A stretch of DNA of 64,000 nucleotides from Oscillospiraceae bacterium (GTDB lineage Bacteria > Bacillota > Clostridia > Oscillospirales > Acutalibacteraceae). The position numbers were made by a program, and so were the translations under genes. The notes under the pieces were generated by a model that saw only the letters and a program-made list of their open reading frames with translations, did not search any database and had not been told where the DNA came from. Location: NCBI GenBank assembly GCA_015066515.1, contig SVOH01000003.1:8535-72534 (forward strand). Reading direction: 5' to 3'. This document shows, one piece after another, positions 39,181-49,293 of this stretch. Position 1 is the first letter of the stretch. Every line of letters starts with the position of its first letter.

Positions 39181-40386
39181 ATGCAAAACAATAATTTTAA
39201 TATGAATGATGATGATTTTGTAATTGGTAAAGGCTTTAATGTAAGTGAGCCTGAGACTAAAAATCGTAAAAATAAGAAAGCTAAAAAAGGTAGCTCGATA
39301 ATTAAAAACATAATATGGATTTTAAGTATTATTGTTGTATCGGTTGCCTTGGCTGGCTCGGTTATAATAGGACTTTTTGACTATGTAGGCTTAGGTTTTG
39401 GTAGGGGAGAAGCAGTACAGGTGGACATACCCTACGGCTCGTCTACTGTTGCGATTGCCGAAAAGTTGGAAGAGTCCGGTGCCGTAAAGATGCCAATCTT
39501 TTTCAGAATCTATTCAAAGCTCAAGGGTTATGAGAGCCAATATAAATATGGACTTTATACCTTTAGCAGTGATATAGGCTACAGTAACATTGCTGATATG
39601 CTTATGAATGACGGAGCTAAGGCTGAGAGTGTAAAGGTAACAATTCCTGAGGGTACAGGCATTAACGACTACACCCATATTGTTGATGGTGAAGAAAAAA
39701 CCATAAAGGGTATAGCAACTATACTTGAAGAGAAGGGTGTATGCGAAAGAAGCGATTTTATATATGCGCTTAACGAGGTAGAGCTTGATTCAAAGTTGCT
39801 TAAAAACTGCAACGACGGAAGAACCTACTATACACTTGAGGGATACTTGTTCCCCGATACGTATGAATTTTATTCATATGATTCTGAGGAATGTGCACGT
39901 ATGGTTGTTGAAAAAATGATTAAGCAAACCGAAAGCAAGATAACCGACGATATGTATAAGCGTGCTGAAGAATTGGGATACAGTATGAACGAAATTTTGA
40001 CCTTGGCATCTATTGTTCAAATGGAATCGGGTCAGAGTATTGAGCATATGCCAAGTGTTGCGGCAGTTTTTTATAATCGTCTTGATAGTAAAGATTTTAG
40101 CACATTGGGCTCTAGTCCTACCTGTTATTATGGAAAATCGTTTAAAAACGATGATGGCAGATATGATACCTACAAGGCAAAGGGCTTACCACCGGGACCG
40201 TTGTGTTCACCCGGAATTGATGCTATAAAAGCGGTTCTTCATCCATCAACCGATAAAGAGGGATTTTATTATTTTGTTACTGATAAAGATGGTAATTTCT
40301 ACTTCCATAAAACTTTAGCAGAGCAAAATGCTACAATTGCAAAACTTAAACAAGGTGATAATTGGGTGTATGAAACATTTGAATAA
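39181..40386 (+). CDS. mltG: endolytic murein transglycosylase MltG (YceG-like)
   Basis: N-terminal TM segment and YceG blocks (LASIVQMES, VFYNRL, YDTYKAKGLPPGPLCSPG). Confidence 0.85.
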   Translation: MQNNNFNMNDDDFVIGKGFNVSEPETKNRKNKKAKKGSSIIKNIIWILSIIVVSVALAGSVIIGLFDYVGLGFGRGEAVQVDIPYGSSTVAIAEKLEESGAVKMPIFFRIYSKLKGYESQYKYGLYTFSSDIGYSNIADMLMNDGAKAESVKVTIPEGTGINDYTHIVDGEEKTIKGIATILEEKGVCERSDFIYALNEVELDSKLLKNCNDGRTYYTLEGYLFPDTYEFYSYDSEECARMVVEKMIKQTESKITDDMYKRAEELGYSMNEILTLASIVQMESGQSIEHMPSVAAVFYNRLDSKDFSTLGSSPTCYYGKSFKNDDGRYDTYKAKGLPPGPLCSPGIDAIKAVLHPSTDKEGFYYFVTDKDGNFYFHKTLAEQNATIAKLKQGDNWVYETFE

Positions 40387-41596
40387 AAAATTAGAGCTTT
40401 TGTGTCCGGCGGGCGATTTGACACGCCTTAAAACAGCGGTAGATTTTGGCGCAGATGCTGTGTATATAGCGGGTGAAGAGTTTGGTATGCGAACTGCCAG
40501 CGCTAATTTTAACCGCGAGGATTTAAAGCAGGGTGTTGAGTACGCACACACTCACGGCGTTAAGGTGCACGTTACTTGTAACACCATTCCGCACGAGGAC
40601 GAAATTGCCCGTTTGCCCGAATTTTTGACATATCTTAACGAAATAAGTGTTGACGCGGTTATTGCGTCCGACCTTGGCACCATTGGTATGGTTAAAGAGT
40701 ATGCGCCAAATTGTGAGCTACACGTATCGGTGCAGTCGGGTATTGTAAACAGCGCAACGGCAAATGCGTTTTATGAAATGGGTGCTAAACGCGTGGTGCT
40801 TGCACGAGAATTATCACTCGAAGAAATTGCAAAAATCCGCGCAAACATTCCACCCCAGCTTGAAATAGAAGCCTTTGCTCACGGTGCGATGTGTGTATCT
40901 TTTTCGGCAAGATGCTTGCTTTCAAGCTATATGACAGGTCGTGACGCTAACCGCGGTGACTGTGCTCAGCCATGTCGTTGGAGTTACAGCCTTATGGAAG
41001 AAAAACGCCCCGGTCAGTATTTTGATATTACCGAAACCGAAAAGGGCACTTATATACTTAACGCTAACGATATGTGTATGGCGCCACATCTTGACAAGAT
41101 GCTTGCGGCCGGCGTATCGAGTATTAAGATAGAGGGCAGAGCAAAAACCGAGTATTATGTGGCGGTTACTGCAAATGCATATCGTGGTGCGGTTGATAGT
41201 CTACTTAACTGTGATGGCGAATGGACATTACCAAATTGGGTAAGCGAAGAGCTTAATAAAATGAGCCATCGCACCTATTCTACAGGATTTTATTTTGGTC
41301 GTCCCGAAAATGCGCAGACCTATGAAAATGCGGGCTATATACGCGACTATGCTATTGCGGCTATAGTTGACGGTTATGAAGACGGATGTATAGTAGCCAC
41401 GCTTAAAAACAAGTTCGCAAGCGGAACAATGCTTGACTGTCTTGAGGCGGGCAGTATTCCATTTAGTGTTGATACAACCACGCTTTATGATGAAAAGGGT
41501 AAGCAGATTGAAAGCGCATATCAGCCTATGAGCAAAATAAAAATACCGTTTGACCGTGAGGTTAAAGTTGGTTCTATGCTTAGAATGAAAGTATAA
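40370..41596 (+). CDS. U32-family peptidase-like protein
   Basis: LELLCPAGDL N-terminus and the conserved E.F.HGAMC..SARCLLS block. ATG at 40370 overlaps the end of mltG. Confidence 0.8.
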   Translation: MKHLNKKLELLCPAGDLTRLKTAVDFGADAVYIAGEEFGMRTASANFNREDLKQGVEYAHTHGVKVHVTCNTIPHEDEIARLPEFLTYLNEISVDAVIASDLGTIGMVKEYAPNCELHVSVQSGIVNSATANAFYEMGAKRVVLARELSLEEIAKIRANIPPQLEIEAFAHGAMCVSFSARCLLSSYMTGRDANRGDCAQPCRWSYSLMEEKRPGQYFDITETEKGTYILNANDMCMAPHLDKMLAAGVSSIKIEGRAKTEYYVAVTANAYRGAVDSLLNCDGEWTLPNWVSEELNKMSHRTYSTGFYFGRPENAQTYENAGYIRDYAIAAIVDGYEDGCIVATLKNKFASGTMLDCLEAGSIPFSVDTTTLYDEKGKQIESAYQPMSKIKIPFDREVKVGSMLRMKV

Positions 41597-41669
41597 GTAT
41601 TATTGTCTTGCAAAATATGTCAAATTATGGTAGAATAACTCTACCCCAAAAATAAAGGAGTCTTTAAAG

Positions 41670-42242
41670 ATGAAAAAGGAAGTATTAGTTGAAATTTCAG
41701 CTCGTCACGTACACGTGACACAAGCTACACTCGAAACACTTTTTGGCGCAGGTCATACCCTCACCAATAAAAAAGACTTGTCTCAGCCGGGACAGTTTGC
41801 TTGTGAAGAAAAGGTTACGGTTGTAGGTCCTAAGGGTAGCCTTAAGGCTTCAATTCTTGGCCCTTGCCGTCCTGCAGACCAAGTAGAGCTTTCTCTTACC
41901 GATGCTCGTACAATCGGTGTAGTAGCACCTATTCGTGAATCAGGCGATGTTGCAGGCAGTGGTGCTTGCAAGCTTGTTGGCCCTTGTGGCGAGGTGGAGC
42001 TTACTGAAGGCGTTATCGCAGCAAAGCGCCATATACATATGACTTGTGCAGACGGTGAAAAGTACGGTATTGTTGACAAGCAGATTGTAAGTGTTAAAAT
42101 TCCAACCGAGGACAGAGCACTTATTTTTGGTGATGTTGTAGCACGTGTAAGTGATAGTTATGCTCTTGCTATGCATATTGATACTGACGAAGCAAATGCC
42201 GCTTGTGTACCTGGTAGCTGCATAGGTGAAATCCTTGACTAA
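41670..42242 (+). CDS. pduL: PduL-type phosphate acyltransferase (phosphotransacetylase/propanoyltransferase)
   Basis: Two PduL repeats: ISARHVHV and AKRHIHM. 190 aa. Confidence 0.8.
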   Translation: MKKEVLVEISARHVHVTQATLETLFGAGHTLTNKKDLSQPGQFACEEKVTVVGPKGSLKASILGPCRPADQVELSLTDARTIGVVAPIRESGDVAGSGACKLVGPCGEVELTEGVIAAKRHIHMTCADGEKYGIVDKQIVSVKIPTEDRALIFGDVVARVSDSYALAMHIDTDEANAACVPGSCIGEILD

Positions 42243-43332
42243 TCCGTTAGGACTTTATATTCACATACCTTTTTGTGAGAAAAAATGTAATTATTGCGAC
42301 TTTTATTCCGCATTTTACAACAAAGATATATTAATTTCTTATCTAACCACACTTAAAGGTGAAATCAACAAATGGGGCGGCACTATACACCGCCCCATTG
42401 ATACTATTTATATTGGCGGCGGTACACCGTCACTTTTGAGCGAAGAGATTATTCCGCTGCTTGACTGTGTAAAAGCTAATTTTACAGTTTTGGATAACGC
42501 CGAAATAACGGTGGAGGCGAACCCCAGCTCAAGTGGCGATTTTTTAGAATTTGCAAAGCGTGCGGGTGTAAACCGACTGTCTATAGGTGTGCAATCCGGG
42601 TGTGATGATACCCTTAAAACCTTGGGTAGAACACACACGTCACGTGATGCCGCAATAACCGTGCAAAAGGCACGCAAGTTGGGTTTTGATAATATTTCAC
42701 TTGACCTTATGATTGCGCTACCTGACAGTAATTTGCAAACATTAAAAAATGATATAGATTTTATCTTGTCTTTAAACCCGGAGCATATTTCATCTTACAT
42801 TCTAAAGATAGAACAAAACACTGCATTTTTTAAAAAGCAAGATGCGCTAAATCTACCAGATGATGACGATAGTGCCGAACAATATCTATTTATGTGCGAA
42901 ATGTTTGAGAAAAGTGGGTATAATCATTACGAAATATCTAATTTTTCGCGTGAAAATAAGGAAAGCCGTCACAATATAAAATACTGGTTAGGTGAAGATT
43001 ATCTTGGACTTGGTCCTGCGGCACATTCTTGTCTTGACAGTAAGCGATTTTACTACCCACGCGATTTAATTGGATTTATAAAAAATCCGCAAACTGTATA
43101 CGACGGTGAAGCGGGCAGTAAGCAAGAAGCGTTAATGTTAGGTCTGCGGCTGTCACGCGGTGTTGACCTATCAAAAATCTACGGTGAAATACCCGAAAGC
43201 ATTAAAACTAAAATAAACCTGCTTCAAAAAGCAGGATATATAAAGGTAAGTTTGCCACACATATCGCTTACTAATAGCGGTATGCTTATTTCAAACAGCA
43301 TTATTACGGAATTACTTGGTGATTATTTATGA
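42226..43332 (+). CDS. hemW: radical SAM heme chaperone HemW (HemN-like, oxygen-independent coproporphyrinogen oxidase family)
   Basis: LYIHIPFCEKKCNYCDF (CX3CX2C). The start is either GTG 42226 or, better spaced from AGGTGA, TTG 42235. Confidence 0.85.
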   Translation: MKSLTNPLGLYIHIPFCEKKCNYCDFYSAFYNKDILISYLTTLKGEINKWGGTIHRPIDTIYIGGGTPSLLSEEIIPLLDCVKANFTVLDNAEITVEANPSSSGDFLEFAKRAGVNRLSIGVQSGCDDTLKTLGRTHTSRDAAITVQKARKLGFDNISLDLMIALPDSNLQTLKNDIDFILSLNPEHISSYILKIEQNTAFFKKQDALNLPDDDDSAEQYLFMCEMFEKSGYNHYEISNFSRENKESRHNIKYWLGEDYLGLGPAAHSCLDSKRFYYPRDLIGFIKNPQTVYDGEAGSKQEALMLGLRLSRGVDLSKIYGEIPESIKTKINLLQKAGYIKVSLPHISLTNSGMLISNSIITELLGDYL

Positions 43333-43934
43333 AGACATTTAAAATACATTTAATTCGTCACGGCGCTACCGATGCCAATACTGCGGGTATGTATATCGGC
43401 AATCGCACCGATTTGCCTCTTTCTCCCGAGGGTGTTCGTGAGCTGCAGCAGATGCGTGAAATGGTAGAATACCCAGATATTGAGCGCCTTTATACAAGTC
43501 CCATGCTTCGTTGTAGGCAAAGTGCAAATATTATTTACCCCGGTTTTGAGGCGCACGTTATTGACGAGCTTACCGAATATGACTTTGGTGAGTTTGAGGG
43601 CAAAACCGCAAGCCAGCTTGAGCTAATGCCCGAGTATGCGGAATGGACAAGCGGCAAGTTAGAGGCACCGTCAGGTGGCGAGACCACTCAAAATTTTGTA
43701 AAGCGTCAAGCCTTGGCTCTTAATATGATTGTGCGTGATATGATGGCTAATGATGTAACCAGCGCGGGTGTTATTATGCACGGTGGCGCTATTATGATGC
43801 TGTTGGCTGCTTGTGCTGTACCACGTAAGCATTCGGTTGAGTGGACAAGTGATAACGGTCGCGGCTACTCAATTATGGTAACCCCTTCGCTTTATCATTC
43901 AAGCGGCATTGTTGAAGTATACGACTATATTTAA
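43329..43934 (+). CDS. histidine phosphatase family protein (phosphoglycerate mutase-like)
   Basis: RHG motif HLIRHGAT and a late H (VIMHGG). Confidence 0.8.
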   Translation: MKTFKIHLIRHGATDANTAGMYIGNRTDLPLSPEGVRELQQMREMVEYPDIERLYTSPMLRCRQSANIIYPGFEAHVIDELTEYDFGEFEGKTASQLELMPEYAEWTSGKLEAPSGGETTQNFVKRQALALNMIVRDMMANDVTSAGVIMHGGAIMMLLAACAVPRKHSVEWTSDNGRGYSIMVTPSLYHSSGIVEVYDYI

Positions 43935-43944
43935 GGTGTGAATT

Positions 43945-44613
43945 ATGGTAAATATAGGTAATGATTGGGACGGTATTTTGGCTGACGAATGGCAAAAGCC
44001 ATATTATCAAAATTTGCGTGGTTTTTTAAAGAAAGAATATGGCAGTCGCACAATATACCCTAATATGAACGATATTTTTAATGCGCTAAAGTTTACATCG
44101 TTTGAAAACACAAAGGTTGTAATAATAGGACAAGACCCATATCACGGTGCCGGTCAAGCGCACGGACTGTGTTTTTCGGTTAAAAAGGGAATTGAGCCAC
44201 CACCATCACTTAAAAATATTTATAAAGAGTTGCACGATGATATTGATTTTACTATACCAAATCACGGCGAATTAACTTCTTGGGCGCGTCAAGGTGTATT
44301 AATGCTTAACGCTGTGCTAACCGTACGAGAGGCATCACCTAACAGCCATAAGGGTATGGGTTGGGAGCAGTTTACCGATAGGGTTATTGCTGAACTTGAC
44401 AAAAAACAAACACCTGTAGTCTTTTTGCTTTGGGGCGCCAATGCACGCAAAAAGGCAGAAATAATCACAAATCCTATACATAAAAAGTTAATTACAGTGC
44501 ATCCAAGCCCACTTTCCGCTTATAACGGATTTTTTGGCTGCAAGCATTTTTCAAAAACCAACGAAATATTATTATCCACTGGTCAGACTCCAATAGATTG
44601 GACTATTGATTAA
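43945..44613 (+). CDS. ung: uracil-DNA glycosylase
   Basis: Motifs VIIGQDPYHG, GVLMLNAVLTV and HPSPLSA. Confidence 0.95.
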   Translation: MVNIGNDWDGILADEWQKPYYQNLRGFLKKEYGSRTIYPNMNDIFNALKFTSFENTKVVIIGQDPYHGAGQAHGLCFSVKKGIEPPPSLKNIYKELHDDIDFTIPNHGELTSWARQGVLMLNAVLTVREASPNSHKGMGWEQFTDRVIAELDKKQTPVVFLLWGANARKKAEIITNPIHKKLITVHPSPLSAYNGFFGCKHFSKTNEILLSTGQTPIDWTID

Positions 44614-44625
44614 AGGAGATTTTTT

Positions 44626-44892
44626 ATGAAATCAACAGGAATTATTCGCGGACTTGACAATATGGGTAGGGTAGTAATACCTAAAGAAATACGCAAATTT
44701 TTAGATATGACCGAAGGTGAAGACGCAATTGAAATCTATATGCAGGACGATTGCATAGTGCTTAAAAAGCATAAACCAAGCTGTATATTTTGCAACAATG
44801 AAGATGACTGTATAGAGTTTGAAAATCAAACCGTTTGTAAAGCGTGTGTTGAAAGATTGCTTTTAAAAGTAAAGGAAAACGAAATCATATAA
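44626..44892 (+). CDS. AbrB/SpoVT-family DNA-binding protein with a C-terminal 4-Cys tail
   Basis: Swapped-hairpin motif GIIRGLDNMGRVVIPKEIRK followed by CIFC...CKAC. Confidence 0.75.
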   Translation: MKSTGIIRGLDNMGRVVIPKEIRKFLDMTEGEDAIEIYMQDDCIVLKKHKPSCIFCNNEDDCIEFENQTVCKACVERLLLKVKENEII

Positions 44893-44896
44893 AAAT

Positions 44897-44937
44897 AAAC
44901 CTCTGTATGACTAAACATACAGAGGTTTTAATTTTTT
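44897..44937. terminator. bidirectional terminator
   Basis: Stem AAACCTCTGTATG-ACTAAA-CATACAGAGGTTT followed by a T-run. Confidence 0.8.
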
Positions 44938-44941
44938 AACA

Positions 44942-45352
44942 TTAGCAAACAACAGCTTCCCACGCAAAAGGTAATAAATCACGAGCAGTTACTTTTATAA
45001 GATTTCCGTCAACATCATTTACTATTACCTTAATATCGGGGCAGTATTCAAAAAGCATTTGACGGCAGTTGCCACATGGTGGAATAACACAGTTAGTAGC
45101 CTTTTCGTGTACCGCTACAATTGTGTCAAAATCACGTTCGCCTTGTGATACAGCAATTCCCATTGTTATATATTCGGCGCAAGAGCCGTGTATTCCGTCA
45201 CAGTTTACACCTTTATAAATGTTTCCGTTTTTGCACAAAATTGCACAGCCTACGGTGTGATTGTATATTCCGTCATCAAAGTTTTCTTCTAATACTTTTA
45301 GTGCAGCTTGTATGAGTTGCTCATCTTTATCGTTTAATTTAAATTTTTTCAT
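44942..45352 (-). CDS. cytidine deaminase-fold protein (cytidine / blasticidin-S deaminase-like)
   Basis: Zinc ligand motifs CAE (SCAEYITMG) and PCGNCRQ. 136 aa. Confidence 0.75.
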   Translation of the reverse strand: MKKFKLNDKDEQLIQAALKVLEENFDDGIYNHTVGCAILCKNGNIYKGVNCDGIHGSCAEYITMGIAVSQGERDFDTIVAVHEKATNCVIPPCGNCRQMLFEYCPDIKVIVNDVDGNLIKVTARDLLPFAWEAVVC

Positions 45353-45909
45353 TTTAAATCCTCACAGTAATGCGCCCGTTCTCCGCCTATAAATTTAGGT
45401 CGGGTTCTTGCACAAACTATTGGTGCTTTACCAATTTTGTTTATAGATAGTCTAACAGGCACTGCCACTTCTTTTAGATGCATACCAATAAGCGTGTTGC
45501 CTATGTCAAGACCGGCACTCGCTTTTATATGTTCGACTGCTACGGGGTGCTCCATATTTTGCCATACGACAGTGGCAAATGAGCCGCCCGCTTTTGTCTG
45601 CGGTATAACGTTTACAATTTCTAAATTATATTTTTCTGCCACTGATTGTTCAATTATGATAGCGCGGTTAAGGTGTTCGCAGCACTGTGCTGCAAGAAAG
45701 ATACCTTCTTCTTTTAAGATGGGGTATATGCCGTCAAAGACTGCCTTTGCCGCATCCATGCTTGATGCTTTACCAATATCTCCACCCATAATTTCACTTG
45801 ACGAGCAACCAATTACAAGTATGTTTCCCGACTTAATGCCGGATATTTCAATAAGCTCGGTTATAGCTATTTTCGCTTCGTTTGCTATATTATTTAACAT
45901 ATGTATCAC
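45349..45909 (-). CDS. TIGR01440 / UPF0340 (YwlG-like) family protein
   Basis: Motifs AAQCCEHLNRAIIIE, KAGGSFATV and GLDIGNTLIGMHLKEVAVPVR. Confidence 0.75.
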   Translation of the reverse strand: MIHMLNNIANEAKIAITELIEISGIKSGNILVIGCSSSEIMGGDIGKASSMDAAKAVFDGIYPILKEEGIFLAAQCCEHLNRAIIIEQSVAEKYNLEIVNVIPQTKAGGSFATVVWQNMEHPVAVEHIKASAGLDIGNTLIGMHLKEVAVPVRLSINKIGKAPIVCARTRPKFIGGERAHYCEDLK

Positions 45910-46041
45910 CTGAAAGTATTATATGACAAAACAAAAATATATTCAATGTTTTTTTAGTGTACGTAAATCAAGACATTAAAAGAATTATAATTGTATTACA
46001 CTTTAAATTGTGGTATAATTTTATCAAAAGGCGGTGGGTTT

Positions 46042-49000
46042 ATGCTACAGTTTATTTTAGGACGCGCTTCAAGCGGTAAAACCTATTTGGTAACTCAAAA
46101 AATTGCAGAGTGTTTGGCACAGGGCAAAAGCCCTGTTCTTTTGGTGCCTGAACAGTTTTCTTTTGAGAGTGAAAAGAATATTCTTGACATGGTTGGTGAC
46201 GGTGCCGCAGGTCGCGTTTCGGTTATCAGTTTTACGCGTCTTTGTGACGAAATTGAGCGTGTTAATGGTGGCGTTTGCGGTGAAGGTATTACCGATGCTG
46301 ATAGAGTAATTTTAATGACACGGGCAATTAAAATTTGCCGTGAAGAACTTAATCGCTTTAAAAAATATTCATCTTCAAGAAGCTTTGCGCGTTTGATGAT
46401 TGATACAATCGGCGAATTCAAAATGAATTTTATTACAGCCGAAGATTTGCGTAATGCGGCAAACGATACCGACGATGAGCTATTAAGGCTTAAACTTATT
46501 GATACAGCACTCATTTATGAGAATTATGATGCAATAGTTGCGGAAAAATTTATAGATAACACCGACCGTATTACTAAGCTTTATTATGCGTTGGGTAATT
46601 ATAATTATTTTGAAGATAAAACCGTTTTTATTGATTCTTTTAAAAGTTTTTCGGGTCAACAATACAAAATACTTGAAAGAATAATTTCACAAGCAAGCGA
46701 TGTTACTGTGACATTGACCGACAATGCCAATGATAATCGTTCGCTTGGGCTGTTTGCAAATATTAAAAGAGTTAAAGCCCGTATTACAGCTATAGCCAAG
46801 AGATTTGCAGTAAATATTTTAGATGATATTGTTTTAAACGGCAAAAATTATTCAAGTGAAGAACTTTCTTGTTTAGAAGATTTTATGGCTACCGGAAAAA
46901 CAGACTTTGCGGGAGAAAGTAGTGATATTACAATTTGTCGCGCCGATAGTATCTATAGCGAGGCGGATTTTGTTGCGCGTAATATTAGACGTATTGTGCG
47001 TGAAAAGGATGCCAGATATAGTGATTTTGTAATAATAGCACGTGATACTGCAACCTATGAAGATGCACTTGACACCGCTTGTAGAAAAAACAATGTAAGC
47101 TGTTTCATTGATAAGCGAGTACCGCTTATAGATCTGCCAACTGCAGTTGCCGTGCTTTCTGCCGCTAATGTAGCGCAAAATTTTTGCACTGAAAATATAT
47201 TGCGTTTTCATAAATCGGGTGTTGAAAATTTAAGTATTGATGAAATAACTACACTTGAAAACTATGCTTTTTTATGGGGCATTGACGGTATGCTTTGGCA
47301 AAACGAATGGACAATGGACCCTGATGGTTTTTCGTCTGGCGGTGAGTTGACACAAAGCAAAAGGGAACGACTCGCTTATATTAATAAGTTGCGAAAAATA
47401 GCCGTTGAACCACTGCTTGAATTTAAAAAGAGTTTTGGAGGCACCGCGCGTGATATGTCACGAGCACTCGTAAATCTACTTACGAACATTAATGCGGCTG
47501 AGCATTTTAAAGCACTGTCTAAACAATATAGTGACACTGTTTATCGTGATGCGATAAAGCAGTCATGGGACAGCGTTATGAATATATTAAACAGCCTTGT
47601 TCTGTGCTTTGGCGAAACACAGATAAGCATTGCTGAGTTTTGCGATGCGTTAAGAATGGCATTATCGCTCGAAACGGTGGGTGTCATTCCCCAAATGATA
47701 GATGAAGCTATATTTGGTGCGGCTGACCGTATACGTCCTTCACGTCCTAAATATGTGTTTATTATGGGTGCAAATCAAAATGTATTTCCGCGAGTACAAC
47801 AAAGTGGCGGACTTTTTTCTGTTAATGAGCGTCAAAAGTTGATAGAGCTTGAATTAGAAATACCAGATAATACATTTTCGTTTGCAATTGATGAAGAATG
47901 CTTGCTTTATAGTTGTGTTTGTTGTGCTACACACGGCGTATTTTTAAGCTATACGACCTCACTCGACGGAGTAGGTGTGGCTGAGGCATCAGCCTTTGTT
48001 AGCGATATAAAGAAAAGGTTTAACTGCCGCGTTTTTGAGGAGCCGTCTGCATTGAGCGCAGATTACCTACCCGAAACACGAGAGGATGCGTTTTCGTGGC
48101 TTTGCGGTACCATGCAGGGCCAGTGCGATGATACAAATACAATTATACGTTCGCTTGAAGATTGTGAAATAAACGCAAGAATAAACGCTGTTTTACAAAG
48201 TCGTAATAGAATAGTACATTCAATTACCGACGATACAGCACGCAATCTTTTCGGCAAAAAGCTTACAATGTCACCATCAAAATTCGACACCTTTAACCGT
48301 TGTAGATTTATGTATTTTTGTCGTTATGGTTTGCGTGCGGAGAGTCTTCAGCCTGCAGAGTTTAATGCTATGCAACGTGGTACGATTGTACATTATGTGT
48401 TAGAGCGTGCGGTAGAAGATTGCGGAAAAAAATTATCTCAGCTTGAAAGTGATCAAATTTACGAGTTGGTTGATAAATATATAAATGAATATCTTGAAAA
48501 TATAGCCGGATACACCGATATTGAAACCCCATATCTTAAATATCTGATTTCGACAATTAAACGCACGCTAAATTATGTGGTAGAACGATTGGCGCTGGAA
48601 TTTGCTCAAAGTGATTTTGAGCCTGTAAAATGTGAACTTAAAATTGCCGCTGACGGTGACTTGCCCGCAATAGAAATACCTATTGAGGATAAAGGCGTAC
48701 TAGAATTAAAAGGCGTGGTTGACCGATTAGATAAATGGAATGGCTACATAAGAATAGTTGATTATAAAACCGGACATCGAGATTTTCGCTTACCGGATAT
48801 TCTATTTGGCCAAAATATGCAAATGCTTATTTACCTTTACGCAGTGTCGCGTAGTGATAAATTTGGCGGAAAAACCGCCGGTATATTTTATATGCCGGCA
48901 AGTCGCGATAAAACAGGCTCTAAATCGGCACGTCGTATGAACGGACTTATCGCAGCAGATGCTGAACTGGTAACGGCCATGGAAAAAGAAAACGCAGGCG

Positions 49001-49293
49001 AATTTGTGCCAAAATATTCAGAGAAATCACCCTCTGACAGTTTTATAAAAGAGGAAGATTTTAATAAGATATTTGATTTTATTGAAAATAGGTTAAAACA
49101 AACGGGTAGTGGAATTTACGGTGGCGATATTGCCGCTGATCCTGTTGACGGTCTCGACAGTGGCGCTTGTAAGTATTGCGAGTATAAAAATGTTTGCCGC
49201 ATAGGCGACGAGGCACATAAACAGGTTCCAAAGCTTACTAATGAAGAAGTGCTTAAAGAAATTGAAAGGCAGGTGAGCGACAGTGACATTTAA
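46042..49293 (+). CDS. addB: helicase-exonuclease AddAB, subunit AddB
   Basis: Walker A motif LGRASSGKT at the N-terminus. C-terminal RecB-type nuclease with Fe-S cysteines (CRF...CKYCEYKNVC). ATG at 46042 follows GGCGGTGGG. Confidence 0.9.
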   Translation: MLQFILGRASSGKTYLVTQKIAECLAQGKSPVLLVPEQFSFESEKNILDMVGDGAAGRVSVISFTRLCDEIERVNGGVCGEGITDADRVILMTRAIKICREELNRFKKYSSSRSFARLMIDTIGEFKMNFITAEDLRNAANDTDDELLRLKLIDTALIYENYDAIVAEKFIDNTDRITKLYYALGNYNYFEDKTVFIDSFKSFSGQQYKILERIISQASDVTVTLTDNANDNRSLGLFANIKRVKARITAIAKRFAVNILDDIVLNGKNYSSEELSCLEDFMATGKTDFAGESSDITICRADSIYSEADFVARNIRRIVREKDARYSDFVIIARDTATYEDALDTACRKNNVSCFIDKRVPLIDLPTAVAVLSAANVAQNFCTENILRFHKSGVENLSIDEITTLENYAFLWGIDGMLWQNEWTMDPDGFSSGGELTQSKRERLAYINKLRKIAVEPLLEFKKSFGGTARDMSRALVNLLTNINAAEHFKALSKQYSDTVYRDAIKQSWDSVMNILNSLVLCFGETQISIAEFCDALRMALSLETVGVIPQMIDEAIFGAADRIRPSRPKYVFIMGANQNVFPRVQQSGGLFSVNERQKLIELELEIPDNTFSFAIDEECLLYSCVCCATHGVFLSYTTSLDGVGVAEASAFVSDIKKRFNCRVFEEPSALSADYLPETREDAFSWLCGTMQGQCDDTNTIIRSLEDCEINARINAVLQSRNRIVHSITDDTARNLFGKKLTMSPSKFDTFNRCRFMYFCRYGLRAESLQPAEFNAMQRGTIVHYVLERAVEDCGKKLSQLESDQIYELVDKYINEYLENIAGYTDIETPYLKYLISTIKRTLNYVVERLALEFAQSDFEPVKCELKIAADGDLPAIEIPIEDKGVLELKGVVDRLDKWNGYIRIVDYKTGHRDFRLPDILFGQNMQMLIYLYAVSRSDKFGGKTAGIFYMPASRDKTGSKSARRMNGLIAADAELVTAMEKENAGEFVPKYSEKSPSDSFIKEEDFNKIFDFIENRLKQTGSGIYGGDIAADPVDGLDSGACKYCEYKNVCRIGDEAHKQVPKLTNEEVLKEIERQVSDSDI

